Shown: one piece after another, positions 10,129 to 20,247 of the stretch
How the letters are laid out: every line of letters starts with the position of its first letter
Position numbering within the stretch: the stretch's first letter is position 1
Assembly (NCBI RefSeq): GCF_002087085.1
Contig: NZ_MWQY01000018.1
Location: forward strand, 1 to 64,000
DNA length: 64,000 bases
Reading direction: 5' to 3'
Notes under the pieces: model-generated
Told to the model about the DNA's origin: nothing
The model's input: the letters and a program-made list of their open reading frames with translations, nothing else
The model's database searches: none
Position numbers and translations under genes: made by a program

Positions 10129-11652
10129 ATGGAACATGTTGTCGAAATGGTGAATATCCGCAAGGAGTTTCCCGGTATTGTTGCCAATGACCGAGTCTCG
10201 ATAGATCTCAGAAAAGGAGAAATTCTGGCCCTTCTGGGGGAAAACGGGGCCGGTAAATCGACCCTCATGAGTATTCTTTTCGGCCTCTACAGGCCGGATG
10301 AGGGGTTCATCAAGGTCCGGGGAAAGGAGGTACAGATTACCAACCCCACCCAGGCCAGTGCCCTGGGAATTGGTATGGTACACCAGCATTTCAAACTGGT
10401 TCACAACTTCACCATCACCGAAAATATCGTTCTCGGTATGGAACCCAGGAAAGGACTCAGCCTCGATCTGGCATCCGCGGCAAAGCGGATTCGCGAACTG
10501 TCCCGGCACTACGGACTCAACGTCGATCCCGATGCGATTATCGAGGATGTCTCCGTAGGAATGCAGCAGCGTGTTGAGATTCTGAAAATGCTCTACCGGG
10601 ACGCTGAGGTCCTGATCTTCGATGAACCCACCTCCGTCCTGACGCCCCAGGAAATTCAGGACCTGATGGAGATAATGCGGAACCTGATCAGGGAGGGTAA
10701 ATCGATTATCCTGATTACCCATAAACTGAAGGAGATCAAGGCAATAGCCGACCGTTGTACCGTAATCCGCCGGGGCAAGGTAATCGGTACCGTGGATGTC
10801 AAATCCACCAGCGAATCGGAAATGGCCCGCATGATGGTCGGCCGGGAGGTCTCCTTCACTGTGGATAAGGAAAAACGCGAGCCCGGCGAGCTGATTCTGG
10901 AGATAGAGGACCTTTCGGTCCGGAGCGGACGGAATATCCTTGGGGTCAAGAATTTTTCCCTGCAGGTCAGGGCCGGAGAGATCCTCGGACTGGCCGGGGT
11001 GGACGGCAACGGACAGACCGAACTTGTGGAGGCCCTGACCGGACTTCGGAGCATAGAGAGCGGACGGATCCTGCTGAAAGGAAAGGACATAAGTTCCGAC
11101 GGTATCCATCAGCGGATACGGGCGGGGATAGCCCATATCCCGGAGGACCGGCAGAAGCGCGGCCTGGTCCTGGATTACAGTGTCGAAGACAATCTTGTTT
11201 TGGAAACCCACAGCAATGAGCCCTTTGCAAAACACGGTTTTCTCCAGCGTGAACCGATCCGGAAACACGCCCGGAAGATCATGGAAGACTTCGACGTCCG
11301 GGCAGGAGAAGGTGCCGTCACCAGAGCCCGGGCACTTTCGGGAGGAAATCAGCAGAAGGCCATTGTCGGCCGGGAGATAGACCTGGATCCGGATCTGCTG
11401 ATTGCCGTACAGCCCACCAGGGGTCTGGATGTCGGATCCATCGAATACATTCACCGCCGGCTGGTCGAACAGCGGGACAGGGGCAAAGCAGTACTCCTCG
11501 TGTCCCTGGAACTGGATGAAATCCTGGACCTTTCGGACAGAATCGCCATTATCAGCCGGGGTGAACTGACAGGGATTGTCCGGGCCGACGAAACAGACGA
11601 AAACGAGGTGGGCCTCATGATGGCCGGAGTCAGGCAGGGAGAATCGGCATGA
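10129..11652 (+). CDS. Nucleoside ABC transporter ATP-binding protein (two NBDs)
   Basis: GENGAGKS, DEPT, LSGGNQQK, QPTRGLD. Confidence 0.95.
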   Translation: MEHVVEMVNIRKEFPGIVANDRVSIDLRKGEILALLGENGAGKSTLMSILFGLYRPDEGFIKVRGKEVQITNPTQASALGIGMVHQHFKLVHNFTITENIVLGMEPRKGLSLDLASAAKRIRELSRHYGLNVDPDAIIEDVSVGMQQRVEILKMLYRDAEVLIFDEPTSVLTPQEIQDLMEIMRNLIREGKSIILITHKLKEIKAIADRCTVIRRGKVIGTVDVKSTSESEMARMMVGREVSFTVDKEKREPGELILEIEDLSVRSGRNILGVKNFSLQVRAGEILGLAGVDGNGQTELVEALTGLRSIESGRILLKGKDISSDGIHQRIRAGIAHIPEDRQKRGLVLDYSVEDNLVLETHSNEPFAKHGFLQREPIRKHARKIMEDFDVRAGEGAVTRARALSGGNQQKAIVGREIDLDPDLLIAVQPTRGLDVGSIEYIHRRLVEQRDRGKAVLLVSLELDEILDLSDRIAIISRGELTGIVRADETDENEVGLMMAGVRQGESA

Positions 11653-12722
11653 AGGTGAGAGTTTCACGGGAGATAATCGTCGCCCTGACCGCGGTAGTAC
11701 TCGGGCTTGCCGCCGGGGCTCTTTTCATGCTGATAACCGGCCATAATCCCTTTGAAGGTTATACCTACCTTTTTCGCGGCGGATTAATGAACGTTGAACG
11801 AATCGGGAACTCCCTGGCCACCGCCACTCCCCTGATCATGACCGGACTTTCGGTGGCCTTCGCCTTCCGTACCGGGCTGTTCAATATCGGCGCCTCGGGG
11901 CAGATGCTCATCGGCGGACTCTGTGCCACCGCCGTGGGCCTGACACTTGTTCTGCCCCAGCCGCTGCTCCTTGCACTTATGCTTCTGGCCGCTGTCTGCG
12001 GCGGAGCCCTCTGGGGACTGGTCCCCGGCTTCCTCAAGGCCAGGTTCAACGTCCACGAGGTAGTAGCCACCATCATGATGAACTGGATCGCCTACTGGAC
12101 GGTCTACTATACGGTCCCGGCCTATTTTAAAGGACCCTACCTTGAGACCGAATCCCGCAAGATTCCGGAGTTCGCCTCGTTGAAGGTTCCCTGGCTTACC
12201 AGGATATTTGAAGGTTCCTACGTCAACCTCGGCCTTTTTGTGGCCCTTGCGGCGATTGTTGTTATTGCAGTTATTCTGAACCGTACCGTACTGGGGTATC
12301 AGCTCAAGGCCGCCGGTTTCAACCGTTACGCCTCGGAATATGCGGGTATGAATGTTCAGCGCAACATCATCCTTTCCATGACAATTGCAGGCGCCCTGGC
12401 GGGAATCGGCGGAGCGACCCTCTACGTCGGGTATGCCTCAAACATGCAGATAGGAGTCCTGCCCAGCCACGGCTTTGACGGAATCGCCGTCGCTCTCCTT
12501 GGATCAAACACCCCCATCGGGGTTCTGGGCTCGGCACTCTTCTTCGGTATTCTCCACTCCGGGAAGGGCTTTATGAACGCCATGACAGAGATTCCGCCGG
12601 AGATAGGAGACACCATCATCGCGACAATCATCTATTTTGCCGCCACCAGCGTCCTTATCGAGAACGGGCTGAACGCTCTTCAGCGCCGCCTGGTCAGACG
12701 CAAGGGACAGGAGGAAAGCTGA
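11649..12722 (+). CDS. Nucleoside ABC transporter permease
   Basis: GLFNIGASGQ, HEVVATIMMN, GFDGIAVALLG; TM-rich. Confidence 0.93.
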   Translation: MKVRVSREIIVALTAVVLGLAAGALFMLITGHNPFEGYTYLFRGGLMNVERIGNSLATATPLIMTGLSVAFAFRTGLFNIGASGQMLIGGLCATAVGLTLVLPQPLLLALMLLAAVCGGALWGLVPGFLKARFNVHEVVATIMMNWIAYWTVYYTVPAYFKGPYLETESRKIPEFASLKVPWLTRIFEGSYVNLGLFVALAAIVVIAVILNRTVLGYQLKAAGFNRYASEYAGMNVQRNIILSMTIAGALAGIGGATLYVGYASNMQIGVLPSHGFDGIAVALLGSNTPIGVLGSALFFGILHSGKGFMNAMTEIPPEIGDTIIATIIYFAATSVLIENGLNALQRRLVRRKGQEES

Positions 12723-12723
12723 T

Positions 12724-13671
12724 ATGTGGGCTATCATAACGCAGATATTCCCCTATGCCGTCGCCTTTACGATCCCTCTGCTGATTACCTCCCTGGGGGG
12801 CCTCTTCAGCGAACGCTCCGGCGTCGTCAATATCGGACTGGAAGGTCTCATGGTAGTGGGATCCTTTACCAGCGCTCTGACAATTTCCAGCCTTTATCCC
12901 GTCATGGGCAGCGCGGCGGTCTGGATGGGGCTTGGTGCGGCGGTTCTGGCGGGTGCCGCTTTTTCACTGCTCCATGCCTTTGCCAGCATCAACCTCAACG
13001 CAAACCAGGTAATCAGCGGGACGGCCATCAATATGATCGCCGGCGCTCTTACGGTTTTCTTTGCCCGCAATATCACCGGTTCGGGAAACATCCAGATCGT
13101 TTCAGGACTCTCCCGCCGCAGCATACCCCTTTTGAAAGACCTGCCGATTGTCGGCCCCCTCTTCTTTACCCAGACCTATACCACCACATGGCTGGTCCTG
13201 CTGATCCTCTTTGGTGCCTGGTATCTGATCTACAAGACCTCCTTCGGCCTCCGGCTCAGATCCTGCGGGGAACATCCCCAGGCCGCGGATGCCGCCGGGG
13301 TAAATGTCTACCTGATCCGCTATATCGGGGTACTCTTCTCGGGGGCCTTCGCGGGTCTTGGGGGAGCGATTATCCTGGTAACCTACTCTGGAGAGTTCAA
13401 CGGCTCTGTCGCGGGACTGGGATTTCTCGCCCTCGCTTCGCTGATCTTCGGTCAGTGGAAACCCCTGGGGATTCTCGCCGCAACCTTCTTCTTCGGCTTC
13501 GCCTCGACCATCGCCAATGTCTCCCAGGTAATCCCGGCCCTGGCCCTGATTCCTGGACTTGTTCTGAAAGCTTTTCCCTATGTGGTTACCCTGATTGCTC
13601 TGGTTATCTTCTCCAAATCCTCCCAGGCTCCCCGGGCGGCGGGAGAACCCTTTGATCACGGGAAGCGCTAG
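12724..13671 (+). CDS. Nucleoside ABC transporter permease
   Basis: ERSGVVNIGLEG, GLRLRSCGEHP, GFLALASLIFG. Confidence 0.93.
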   Translation: MWAIITQIFPYAVAFTIPLLITSLGGLFSERSGVVNIGLEGLMVVGSFTSALTISSLYPVMGSAAVWMGLGAAVLAGAAFSLLHAFASINLNANQVISGTAINMIAGALTVFFARNITGSGNIQIVSGLSRRSIPLLKDLPIVGPLFFTQTYTTTWLVLLILFGAWYLIYKTSFGLRLRSCGEHPQAADAAGVNVYLIRYIGVLFSGAFAGLGGAIILVTYSGEFNGSVAGLGFLALASLIFGQWKPLGILAATFFFGFASTIANVSQVIPALALIPGLVLKAFPYVVTLIALVIFSKSSQAPRAAGEPFDHGKR

Positions 13672-13676
13672 ACGAT

Positions 13677-14084
13677 ATGGAAAAAGAACCGGATATTGAA
13701 CAGCTTGTAACCGCCGCCGCTGCCGCCAGGAACAACGCCCATACACCCTATTCCCGGTTCAAGGTGGGCGCCGCCCTGCTCCTGGCGGACGGCAGCATCC
13801 GCGACGGGTGTAACATAGAAAACGCCAGCTACGGCGCCACGGTCTGTGCCGAGCGTGTGGCCATCCTGAAAGCCCGAAGCGAAGACCCTGAGATGCAGAT
13901 TCAGGCAATCGCGGTGGTAACCCAGAGCGAGACCCCCTCCCCCCCCTGTGCACTCTGCCTGCAGGTCATGGCTGAATTCTGCTCTCCCGAAACCCCGATA
14001 ATCCTCGCAAACACTTCGGGAAAGCGCCTGCACTACCGCTTTGACGAGCTGCTGCCCCATCCCTTTACCCAATCCTTATTGTAA
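13677..14084 (+). CDS. cdd: Cytidine deaminase
   Basis: PYSRFKVGAA, NIENASY, CAE and PCxxC zinc motifs. Confidence 0.95.
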   Translation: MEKEPDIEQLVTAAAAARNNAHTPYSRFKVGAALLLADGSIRDGCNIENASYGATVCAERVAILKARSEDPEMQIQAIAVVTQSETPSPPCALCLQVMAEFCSPETPIILANTSGKRLHYRFDELLPHPFTQSLL

Positions 14085-14136
14085 ATTCACCCCCCGTTAA
14101 CAGAAAACTCACACACCGGTATTTACATATATACCG

Positions 14137-16530
14137 ATGGCAAAGGTAGATTTACACGTACATTCAAAGTATTCCGATCACCCGTCGGAATGGTTCCTTC
14201 AGCGTCTTGGTACCTCCGAGTCCTATACCGAACCGGAGTATATTTACACCACCGCAAAACAGCGGGGCATGAACCTGGTTACCATAAGCGATCATAACAG
14301 CATCCAGGGAGCATTGGAGCTGAAGAAGCAGCACCCGGAAGACTGTTTTGTCAGCGTGGAGTCCACGGCCTACTTTCCCGAGGACGGCTGCAAGATTCAC
14401 ATTCTGCTCTTCGACATAACCGAAGAGCAATTCGAACACATAGAAGCTCTCAGAAAGGATATTTACCTCCTCAGGGACTACATCAAAGAGGAAAATATCG
14501 CCTATTCGGTGGCTCATGCGACCTATTCTGTAAACGGTGCGGTTACGGCAGAGCATCTGGAAAAACTGATTCTCCTGTTTGACGTTTTCGAAACTATTAA
14601 CGGGGGCCGGAACGAACGCAACAACAATGAGTGGACCCGTTATCTCTCGTCCCTTACCCGGGAAGACATCGAAGGGCTGCAGCAGCGTCACCGGATCGAA
14701 CCCATGAGTGTTACCCCCTGGATCAAGGGCTTCACCGCAGGGTCGGACGACCACGCGGGAATCTTTATCGGGAAAACCTGGACCTCCAGCGAAGCTTCCA
14801 CGGTGGAGGAGTTTATCCACAGCATACGGACCAGGAAAACCGCTGCCCACGGGCGGCATCACAATTTCCACTCCATGACCTTCATGATCTACAAGATCGC
14901 TTTTGATTTTTTCCGCATCAGGCATAACGGCTCAGTCCCCGGACCGGTCTCTCTGGTTCTTGACGGTCTTTTCAACGAAAAAGAGCTGAACCTGAAACGC
15001 GCCTTCGCCCTGAAGCGGATACAAAAGAAAAAGAAGAAGAGTGCCAACCAGCGAATCCTGGTCGATCTCATCGAACAGGTTCGAAGCGTGAACTATCACG
15101 AAATCGATGCCCGTCTGGATATTGTCTATGAAAAGGCTTCGGAGCTTCTGGATGCAATTATCAAGGATTTTATCGATTCCTTCGGAAAGCACCTGCGTAA
15201 GGGCAACTTCGACAAGCTGATGCGGAACTTTTCCTCCCTGCTCCCGGCCCTGTTTCTTACGGTTCCCTTTATCAGTACCTTCACTCACATGTTCAACAAC
15301 CGCAAGCTGGTTAACGAAATGTTTCTGCGTCTTGGCAAGGAACCTCCCCGAAAGGAGAAAAAGATCCTCTGGTTTACCGATACCCTTACCGAGCTGAACG
15401 GGGTGGCCATAACGGTGCAGGAGATCGGATGGATCGCCCATACAATGAAAAAGGAGATCCGCATTGCAGCTGCAGTCGGGAGTGAGAACCTGGGGGAACT
15501 TCCTCCCAATTTAATGAACATTCCCATCGTCGGCAGCCTGCCCCTTCCCCATTACGAAAAGCTCAACTTGAAGGTCCCGAGTCTGCTGGCCACCTTAAAG
15601 CTGATAAACGACTACGATCCGGACGAGATCTACATATCCACCCCCATGACCATCGGGCTCACAGGACTTGCCGCCGCACGGCTTCTGAATATACCCGCCG
15701 TCGCGATTCACCATACCGACGGAACCATGCAGGTACGTAAAATTGTTGATGATATAACCATTACCAATTACGTTGAATCCTACATGAAGTGGTTTCACTC
15801 AGCCTGCGACAAGACCCTGGTCAATACCCGGGAATACGCGGAAATATTGAAGAAACGGGGCTACCGCATGCCAGAGGTGGGTCTCTTTCACCGGGGGGTG
15901 GATACAAATCTGTTCAAACCTCATGCCGGAGCCCGGAGGGTCCTGGGGGAGAAATACGGAATCAGAAAAGGAATCAATCTCCTCTATGCAGGACGTATAT
16001 CCCGGGACAAGAGTGTGGACATCGTTGTTGACTGCTTTCTTCATCTGAAAGAGGAGTTTCCGGAACTGAACCTGATTATCGCCGGGGAAGGCCCGTATAC
16101 CGATGAGATGCTGCGCCGGGTACAGAGGGAGGAGCGGGTCCATTTTCTCGGCAGGGTCGACCACGACCTGATGCCCATCGTCTACGCCGCCTCGGACCTG
16201 TTCCTCTTTCCCAGCGTAACCGACACCTTCGGCAGGGTTGTAGCCGAAGCCCAGTCCTGCGGGGTACCGACCATCGTAAGCAACGCAGGGGGCCCCCAGG
16301 AGATAATCGCGGACGAACGAACCGGCTGGATTGTCCGCACCCAGTCCGGAGAGGACTGGATCACAGCGACCAGGAAACTTCTTCAGAACCTGAAGGAAAA
16401 CCCGGAAGAGTATAACCGCATGGGACTGGAGGCCCGCTCCCATATCATTGAAGAGTACAGCATGCAGCATTTTATTACCGGATTGTTTAGAAAACACCCC
16501 CGGGAATCCAAACTCGCTGAATCAGCATGA
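14137..16530 (+). CDS. PHP phosphoesterase domain fused to a GT4 glycosyltransferase
   Basis: N-terminal DLHVHS, ISDHN, AH, GSDDH; C-terminal FTDT..NGVA, YAGRISRDK, FPSVTDTFGRVVAEAQSCG. Confidence 0.88.
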   Translation: MAKVDLHVHSKYSDHPSEWFLQRLGTSESYTEPEYIYTTAKQRGMNLVTISDHNSIQGALELKKQHPEDCFVSVESTAYFPEDGCKIHILLFDITEEQFEHIEALRKDIYLLRDYIKEENIAYSVAHATYSVNGAVTAEHLEKLILLFDVFETINGGRNERNNNEWTRYLSSLTREDIEGLQQRHRIEPMSVTPWIKGFTAGSDDHAGIFIGKTWTSSEASTVEEFIHSIRTRKTAAHGRHHNFHSMTFMIYKIAFDFFRIRHNGSVPGPVSLVLDGLFNEKELNLKRAFALKRIQKKKKKSANQRILVDLIEQVRSVNYHEIDARLDIVYEKASELLDAIIKDFIDSFGKHLRKGNFDKLMRNFSSLLPALFLTVPFISTFTHMFNNRKLVNEMFLRLGKEPPRKEKKILWFTDTLTELNGVAITVQEIGWIAHTMKKEIRIAAAVGSENLGELPPNLMNIPIVGSLPLPHYEKLNLKVPSLLATLKLINDYDPDEIYISTPMTIGLTGLAAARLLNIPAVAIHHTDGTMQVRKIVDDITITNYVESYMKWFHSACDKTLVNTREYAEILKKRGYRMPEVGLFHRGVDTNLFKPHAGARRVLGEKYGIRKGINLLYAGRISRDKSVDIVVDCFLHLKEEFPELNLIIAGEGPYTDEMLRRVQREERVHFLGRVDHDLMPIVYAASDLFLFPSVTDTFGRVVAEAQSCGVPTIVSNAGGPQEIIADERTGWIVRTQSGEDWITATRKLLQNLKENPEEYNRMGLEARSHIIEEYSMQHFITGLFRKHPRESKLAESA

Positions 16531-16630
16531 ACACAACCGAAATTTCGTGCATTTTTTCTTTATGGCGCTATAATTTAACTAGAAAAGCATCATCGTGTTG
16601 CACCGACTGATTTTCTTCAGGAGGTTCAAA

Positions 16631-17146
16631 ATGAAAAAAATCTTGGTCTTGCTGCTTGTTGTTACTCTCGGGGCTGCATATGTCAACGCCCAGGACCAGA
16701 AAACGGGCTCCGTCGGCCTGGTTCTCACGAATTCCATTGCCTTTGCCGGTATCGGCGGAGAACTCTTCCTTGGCAACCTCGGCCTGGGTGCTACCTTTAC
16801 CTTTCTGCCCATCGGGGGCGGAGGCGATATGGTCATCTTCTATGAACCCGGAGCCTATGCCCGCTTCTATTTCGGTAACCCCGCGAGCGCCATGTACCTG
16901 ATGGGCGGCATGAGTTACTTTACCGCCGCGGGAAGTTCCGGGGACAGCGGACTAAGCAGCTTTGACGGAGGGATTCTCAACATTAATGGGGGCTTCGGTT
17001 ACAACTCCATGTTCGGAGATAATAACGCAACGCGATTTTACATCGAGGTTGGTCCGCGCTATACTAGCCTTGTTGTAGACAGTGACGAGGAGATTTACGC
17101 CGGATTCTTCCTCCACTTTGCCTTAGGATTCGGCGCCACATTCTAA
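16631..17146 (+). CDS. Exported protein, probable small outer-membrane beta-barrel
   Basis: SD AGGAGG before ATG 16631; signal peptide; amphipathic beta pattern; C-terminal Phe. Confidence 0.6.
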   Translation: MKKILVLLLVVTLGAAYVNAQDQKTGSVGLVLTNSIAFAGIGGELFLGNLGLGATFTFLPIGGGGDMVIFYEPGAYARFYFGNPASAMYLMGGMSYFTAAGSSGDSGLSSFDGGILNINGGFGYNSMFGDNNATRFYIEVGPRYTSLVVDSDEEIYAGFFLHFALGFGATF

Positions 17147-17161
17147 GAAAGGGATTCTTTA

Positions 17162-17692
17162 ATGGGAGACTACTTCGTTTTTACCGCCATCGGGACCGAC
17201 CGGGTCGGAATCGTGGACGAGATCGCCGCGGTTCTGGAAGCCGAAAACTGCAACATCGAGGAGAGCCGCATGGCCGTGCTGGGAACGGAGTTCTCCGTGA
17301 TGCTGCTGGCCTCCGGCGGTCAGGGGATTGTTCAGATCCTTGAAAAAGACCTCCCCGATATAGGCGACAAGCTGGGACTGCACGTGCAGATCCGCCCGAC
17401 GAGGGCTCCCCGCGGGTCCTCTGAAGGGCGTCCTTACAGCATCGAGGCAATCTCATTGGATGCCCCCGGTATCATGCACGCCGTTACAGCCGTACTGAAG
17501 AGAGCGGGAGTAAATATCGAGGAGATATCCACCGAAACAACATCGGCTCCCTGGACGGGGGCAACAATGTTCCAGATGCGGGGCACCCTGATCGTGCCCC
17601 GGGAGGTTCACATTGCCGAGCTTCGAGACCAGCTGGAAAATCTGGAACATGAACGGGACATAGACATTGTACTCAAGCCCCTGAACAGATAA
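17162..17692 (+). CDS. GcvR-like tandem ACT-domain protein
   Basis: TAIGTDRVGIV..CNIEESRM and a second ACT repeat, LDAPGIM..VNIEE. Confidence 0.85.
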   Translation: MGDYFVFTAIGTDRVGIVDEIAAVLEAENCNIEESRMAVLGTEFSVMLLASGGQGIVQILEKDLPDIGDKLGLHVQIRPTRAPRGSSEGRPYSIEAISLDAPGIMHAVTAVLKRAGVNIEEISTETTSAPWTGATMFQMRGTLIVPREVHIAELRDQLENLEHERDIDIVLKPLNR

Positions 17693-17945
17693 GGGACAGC
17701 TCCAAAAACTGCTATTTTACACATATCCTGCGCCGTCAAGATCGCCCGCGGACCCCAACTCTCGCTATGGCCAGAGTTTACTGGAGCTACAAAATCTTTC
17801 CTCCCTGACCAGGGTAAAACTTCCACGTTTATAAAGGTGCCCTGAGCAAACATTACAAAAGTGTAATCTTCCTGTAAGGATACGGTAATCAGGATTCTGT
17901 ATTGTATGTATGTACGGAAAAAATACAGTGAGGAGGAATCCTGTT

Positions 17946-19409
17946 ATGAAACGAAAAATATTTTCCCTTTTAATACTGCTTCTTTTTGCCCTGGGAATGT
18001 CAGCGGCGGCTTTCGGCCAGTCCGAAGGTTATTCCCGGGCACTCTACAGCACATCGAACGGTGCAACCCAAAACCTGAAAGGTTTGCAGAACGATTTTCG
18101 CCGGGTTGCCCAGGAGGCACTTCCGGTAGTTGTATCCCTCGATGTGGTTGATGTAATTGAGCAGCAGGTACGATCACCCCAGTCACCCTTTGAGTTCTTT
18201 TTCGGCCGTCCGGACAACCGCGAACAGCAGCAGGGAGAACCTGAAACCCGGGAGTTCCGGCAGGAAGGACTCGGTTCCGGTGTGATAGTTCAAAAAACCG
18301 GACGAACTGTCTATGTCCTGACGAACCATCATGTCGCCGGTAAGGCTGACGAAATTACCGTCAACCTCTACGACGGACGCAGTTACTCGGGAACCCTCGT
18401 GGGAAGCGATGCACGAAAAGACCTGGCCCTGGTCAAGTTTGAGACGGCGGAAAATATTCCCGTGGCAAAACTGGCAGATTCGGACCAGACCCAGGTCGGA
18501 GACATCGTATTTGCCGTCGGAAACCCCCTGGGATTTGAATCGACCTTTACCTACGGAATCGTGAGTGCTGTGGGGCGTACCGGAGGTCCCGGCGTGGAGG
18601 GCAATCTTACGGATTACATTCAGACCGACGCCGCCATCAACCGCGGCAACTCCGGCGGAGCCCTGGTCAATATCGATGGAGAGGTAGTAGGCATCAACAC
18701 CTGGATAGCCTCTCAGACCGGCGGCAATATCGGGATCGGTTTTGCCATCCCCATAAACAACGCCAAAAAAACCATCCAGGACCTGATTGAATCCGGAGAG
18801 GTTCAGTACGGATGGCTCGGTATATCCATGGGAAATCCCTCGGAGAACATTGCCAAAGAGATGGGATTCGAAGGTCAGAAGGGGTCCTTTGTCTATAATG
18901 TCTACAAGGAATCCCCCGCCATGAAGGGCGGAATACGCCCCGGAGACCTGATAACCTTTATTGACGGACGCCGTATAGAAAGCAGCGACAAACTTCTGCA
19001 GGAGGTCGCAGCCCTGGAGCCCGGAAAAACCTACAGCTTTGGAATTATCCGCGACGGTTCCTCCATGAATGTACGGGTTCGCATAGCCACCCGGGCACCG
19101 GAAGACGCCATTCGATCGAACGTGGAAAACCTGTGGCCCGGCATGACCGTCGTCGGTATAACCGATGAAATCCGGGAGCGTCTGGATCTTCCCAGAAACA
19201 TGGGCAATGTAATGGTCGGAGCAGTAGAGCAGGGATCCCCCGCCTACAATGCGGGTTTCAGGTCCGGCGACATCATCAAGGAGGTCAATCGCACCAGGAT
19301 TGAATCCTCCCGGGACTTTTATCGTGTGTTCAATTCCGAGGAGAGTGACGAGCTTATCTTCAAAGTGAATCGTCAAGGAAACGACATGATCCTCGGACTT
19401 GTACGGTGA
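17946..19409 (+). CDS. degP: HtrA/DegP (Do family) serine protease with two PDZ domains
   Basis: GLGSGV, LTNHHV, DLAL, QTDAAINRGNSGG; SD GAGGAGG before ATG 17946. Confidence 0.92.
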   Translation: MKRKIFSLLILLLFALGMSAAAFGQSEGYSRALYSTSNGATQNLKGLQNDFRRVAQEALPVVVSLDVVDVIEQQVRSPQSPFEFFFGRPDNREQQQGEPETREFRQEGLGSGVIVQKTGRTVYVLTNHHVAGKADEITVNLYDGRSYSGTLVGSDARKDLALVKFETAENIPVAKLADSDQTQVGDIVFAVGNPLGFESTFTYGIVSAVGRTGGPGVEGNLTDYIQTDAAINRGNSGGALVNIDGEVVGINTWIASQTGGNIGIGFAIPINNAKKTIQDLIESGEVQYGWLGISMGNPSENIAKEMGFEGQKGSFVYNVYKESPAMKGGIRPGDLITFIDGRRIESSDKLLQEVAALEPGKTYSFGIIRDGSSMNVRVRIATRAPEDAIRSNVENLWPGMTVVGITDEIRERLDLPRNMGNVMVGAVEQGSPAYNAGFRSGDIIKEVNRTRIESSRDFYRVFNSEESDELIFKVNRQGNDMILGLVR

Positions 19410-19443
19410 CGCGTTGCGTCATCTAATGTTCCCTTCCTTCGTT

Positions 19444-19475
19444 CCCCCGGTCTTTCGAGACCGGGGGGCTTTTTT
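19444..19475 (+). terminator. Rho-independent terminator of degP
   Basis: CCCCCGGTCT-TTCG-AGACCGGGGG followed by GCTTTTTT. Confidence 0.85.
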
Positions 19476-19550
19476 GTCCTGTGATGTTTTCGGCATTTGA
19501 TGGAATACAAAAAAACAGGTACTATTTACCTGAAGGTAACGAGGAAAAGC

Positions 19551-20183
19551 ATGGCTGCATCGAATGATTTTTTCAGAGGTTCTGACCCGGAAAATACGAA
19601 TCGCGGGTCTCTGGAAGGACATTTCCTGATCTCAGAAACCGAACTTACAGATCCAAACTTCATTCAAACCGTCGTCTATCTGGTTGAACACAATGATAAT
19701 GGTGCTTTGGGTTTTGTCGTTAACCGGAAAAGCGAAACAGCCCTGAAAGACGTTATTCCGGATTTTACCGATAGCCCCGCAGGGGAGCTCGAGGTGTATA
19801 TAGGCGGACCGGTGGAACAGATGTTTCTATTTACCCTCCACTCCGGACTTCCAGGGGACAAGCGATCCGACGCAGCCAGCTCATCCCTGCAGGGGGTAAT
19901 TCTGGAACCGGATTTTGAACTGATACGCCGCTTTCTCAGCGAGCAGTGGCCTGACCTCAACCCGGAGCACCGGCCGGAGATCCGTTTCTATGCGGGATAT
20001 GCCGGATGGGCTCCCGGCCAGCTGGAAAACGAGCTTCGTCACGGAGCCTGGGTTGTTATTCCGGCAACACCGGGAATAGTATTCGCCCCGGAACCGGAAG
20101 AGTCCTGGCGAAACGCCCTGAGAAAAAAAGGCGGTATCTACTGGGTTGTGGCGGAAACCGGATTCAAACCCTCCATGAACTGA
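19551..20183 (+). CDS. YqgE/AlgH family protein (DUF179)
   Basis: DPNFIQTVVYL, GALGFVVN, GGPV, GYAGWAPGQLENE; start uncertain (19497 or 19551). Confidence 0.9.
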   Translation: MAASNDFFRGSDPENTNRGSLEGHFLISETELTDPNFIQTVVYLVEHNDNGALGFVVNRKSETALKDVIPDFTDSPAGELEVYIGGPVEQMFLFTLHSGLPGDKRSDAASSSLQGVILEPDFELIRRFLSEQWPDLNPEHRPEIRFYAGYAGWAPGQLENELRHGAWVVIPATPGIVFAPEPEESWRNALRKKGGIYWVVAETGFKPSMN

Positions 20184-20224
20184 AAAAACCCGGCCGCCCC
20201 CGCTTCAGGGACGGCCGGGTAAAA
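20183..20224. terminator. Hairpin terminator between convergent yqgE and hsp20
   Basis: ACCCGGCCG...CGGCCGGGT; the A-tract on the left gives a U-tract for the minus strand. Confidence 0.75.
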
Positions 20225-20247
20225 CAAAGCGTACCCTCCGAGGGCTG

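Noticed and set aside
9856..11667. 603-aa minus-strand ORF, and similar long antisense ORFs (1451-2470, 6112-7167, 18183-19376, 36261-37421, 61807-63024)
   Set aside because: Shadow frames opposite well-supported genes in GC-rich DNA; no recognisable motifs.
15023..15040. A-rich Lys6 run as a frameshift site
   Set aside because: The reading frame is intact through both domains; no shift is needed.
17698..17788. AGCTCCA-AAAACT / AGTTT-AC-TGGAGCT inverted repeat as a possible MITE
   Set aside because: Short and imperfect, with no target-site duplication and no second copy noticed in the window.
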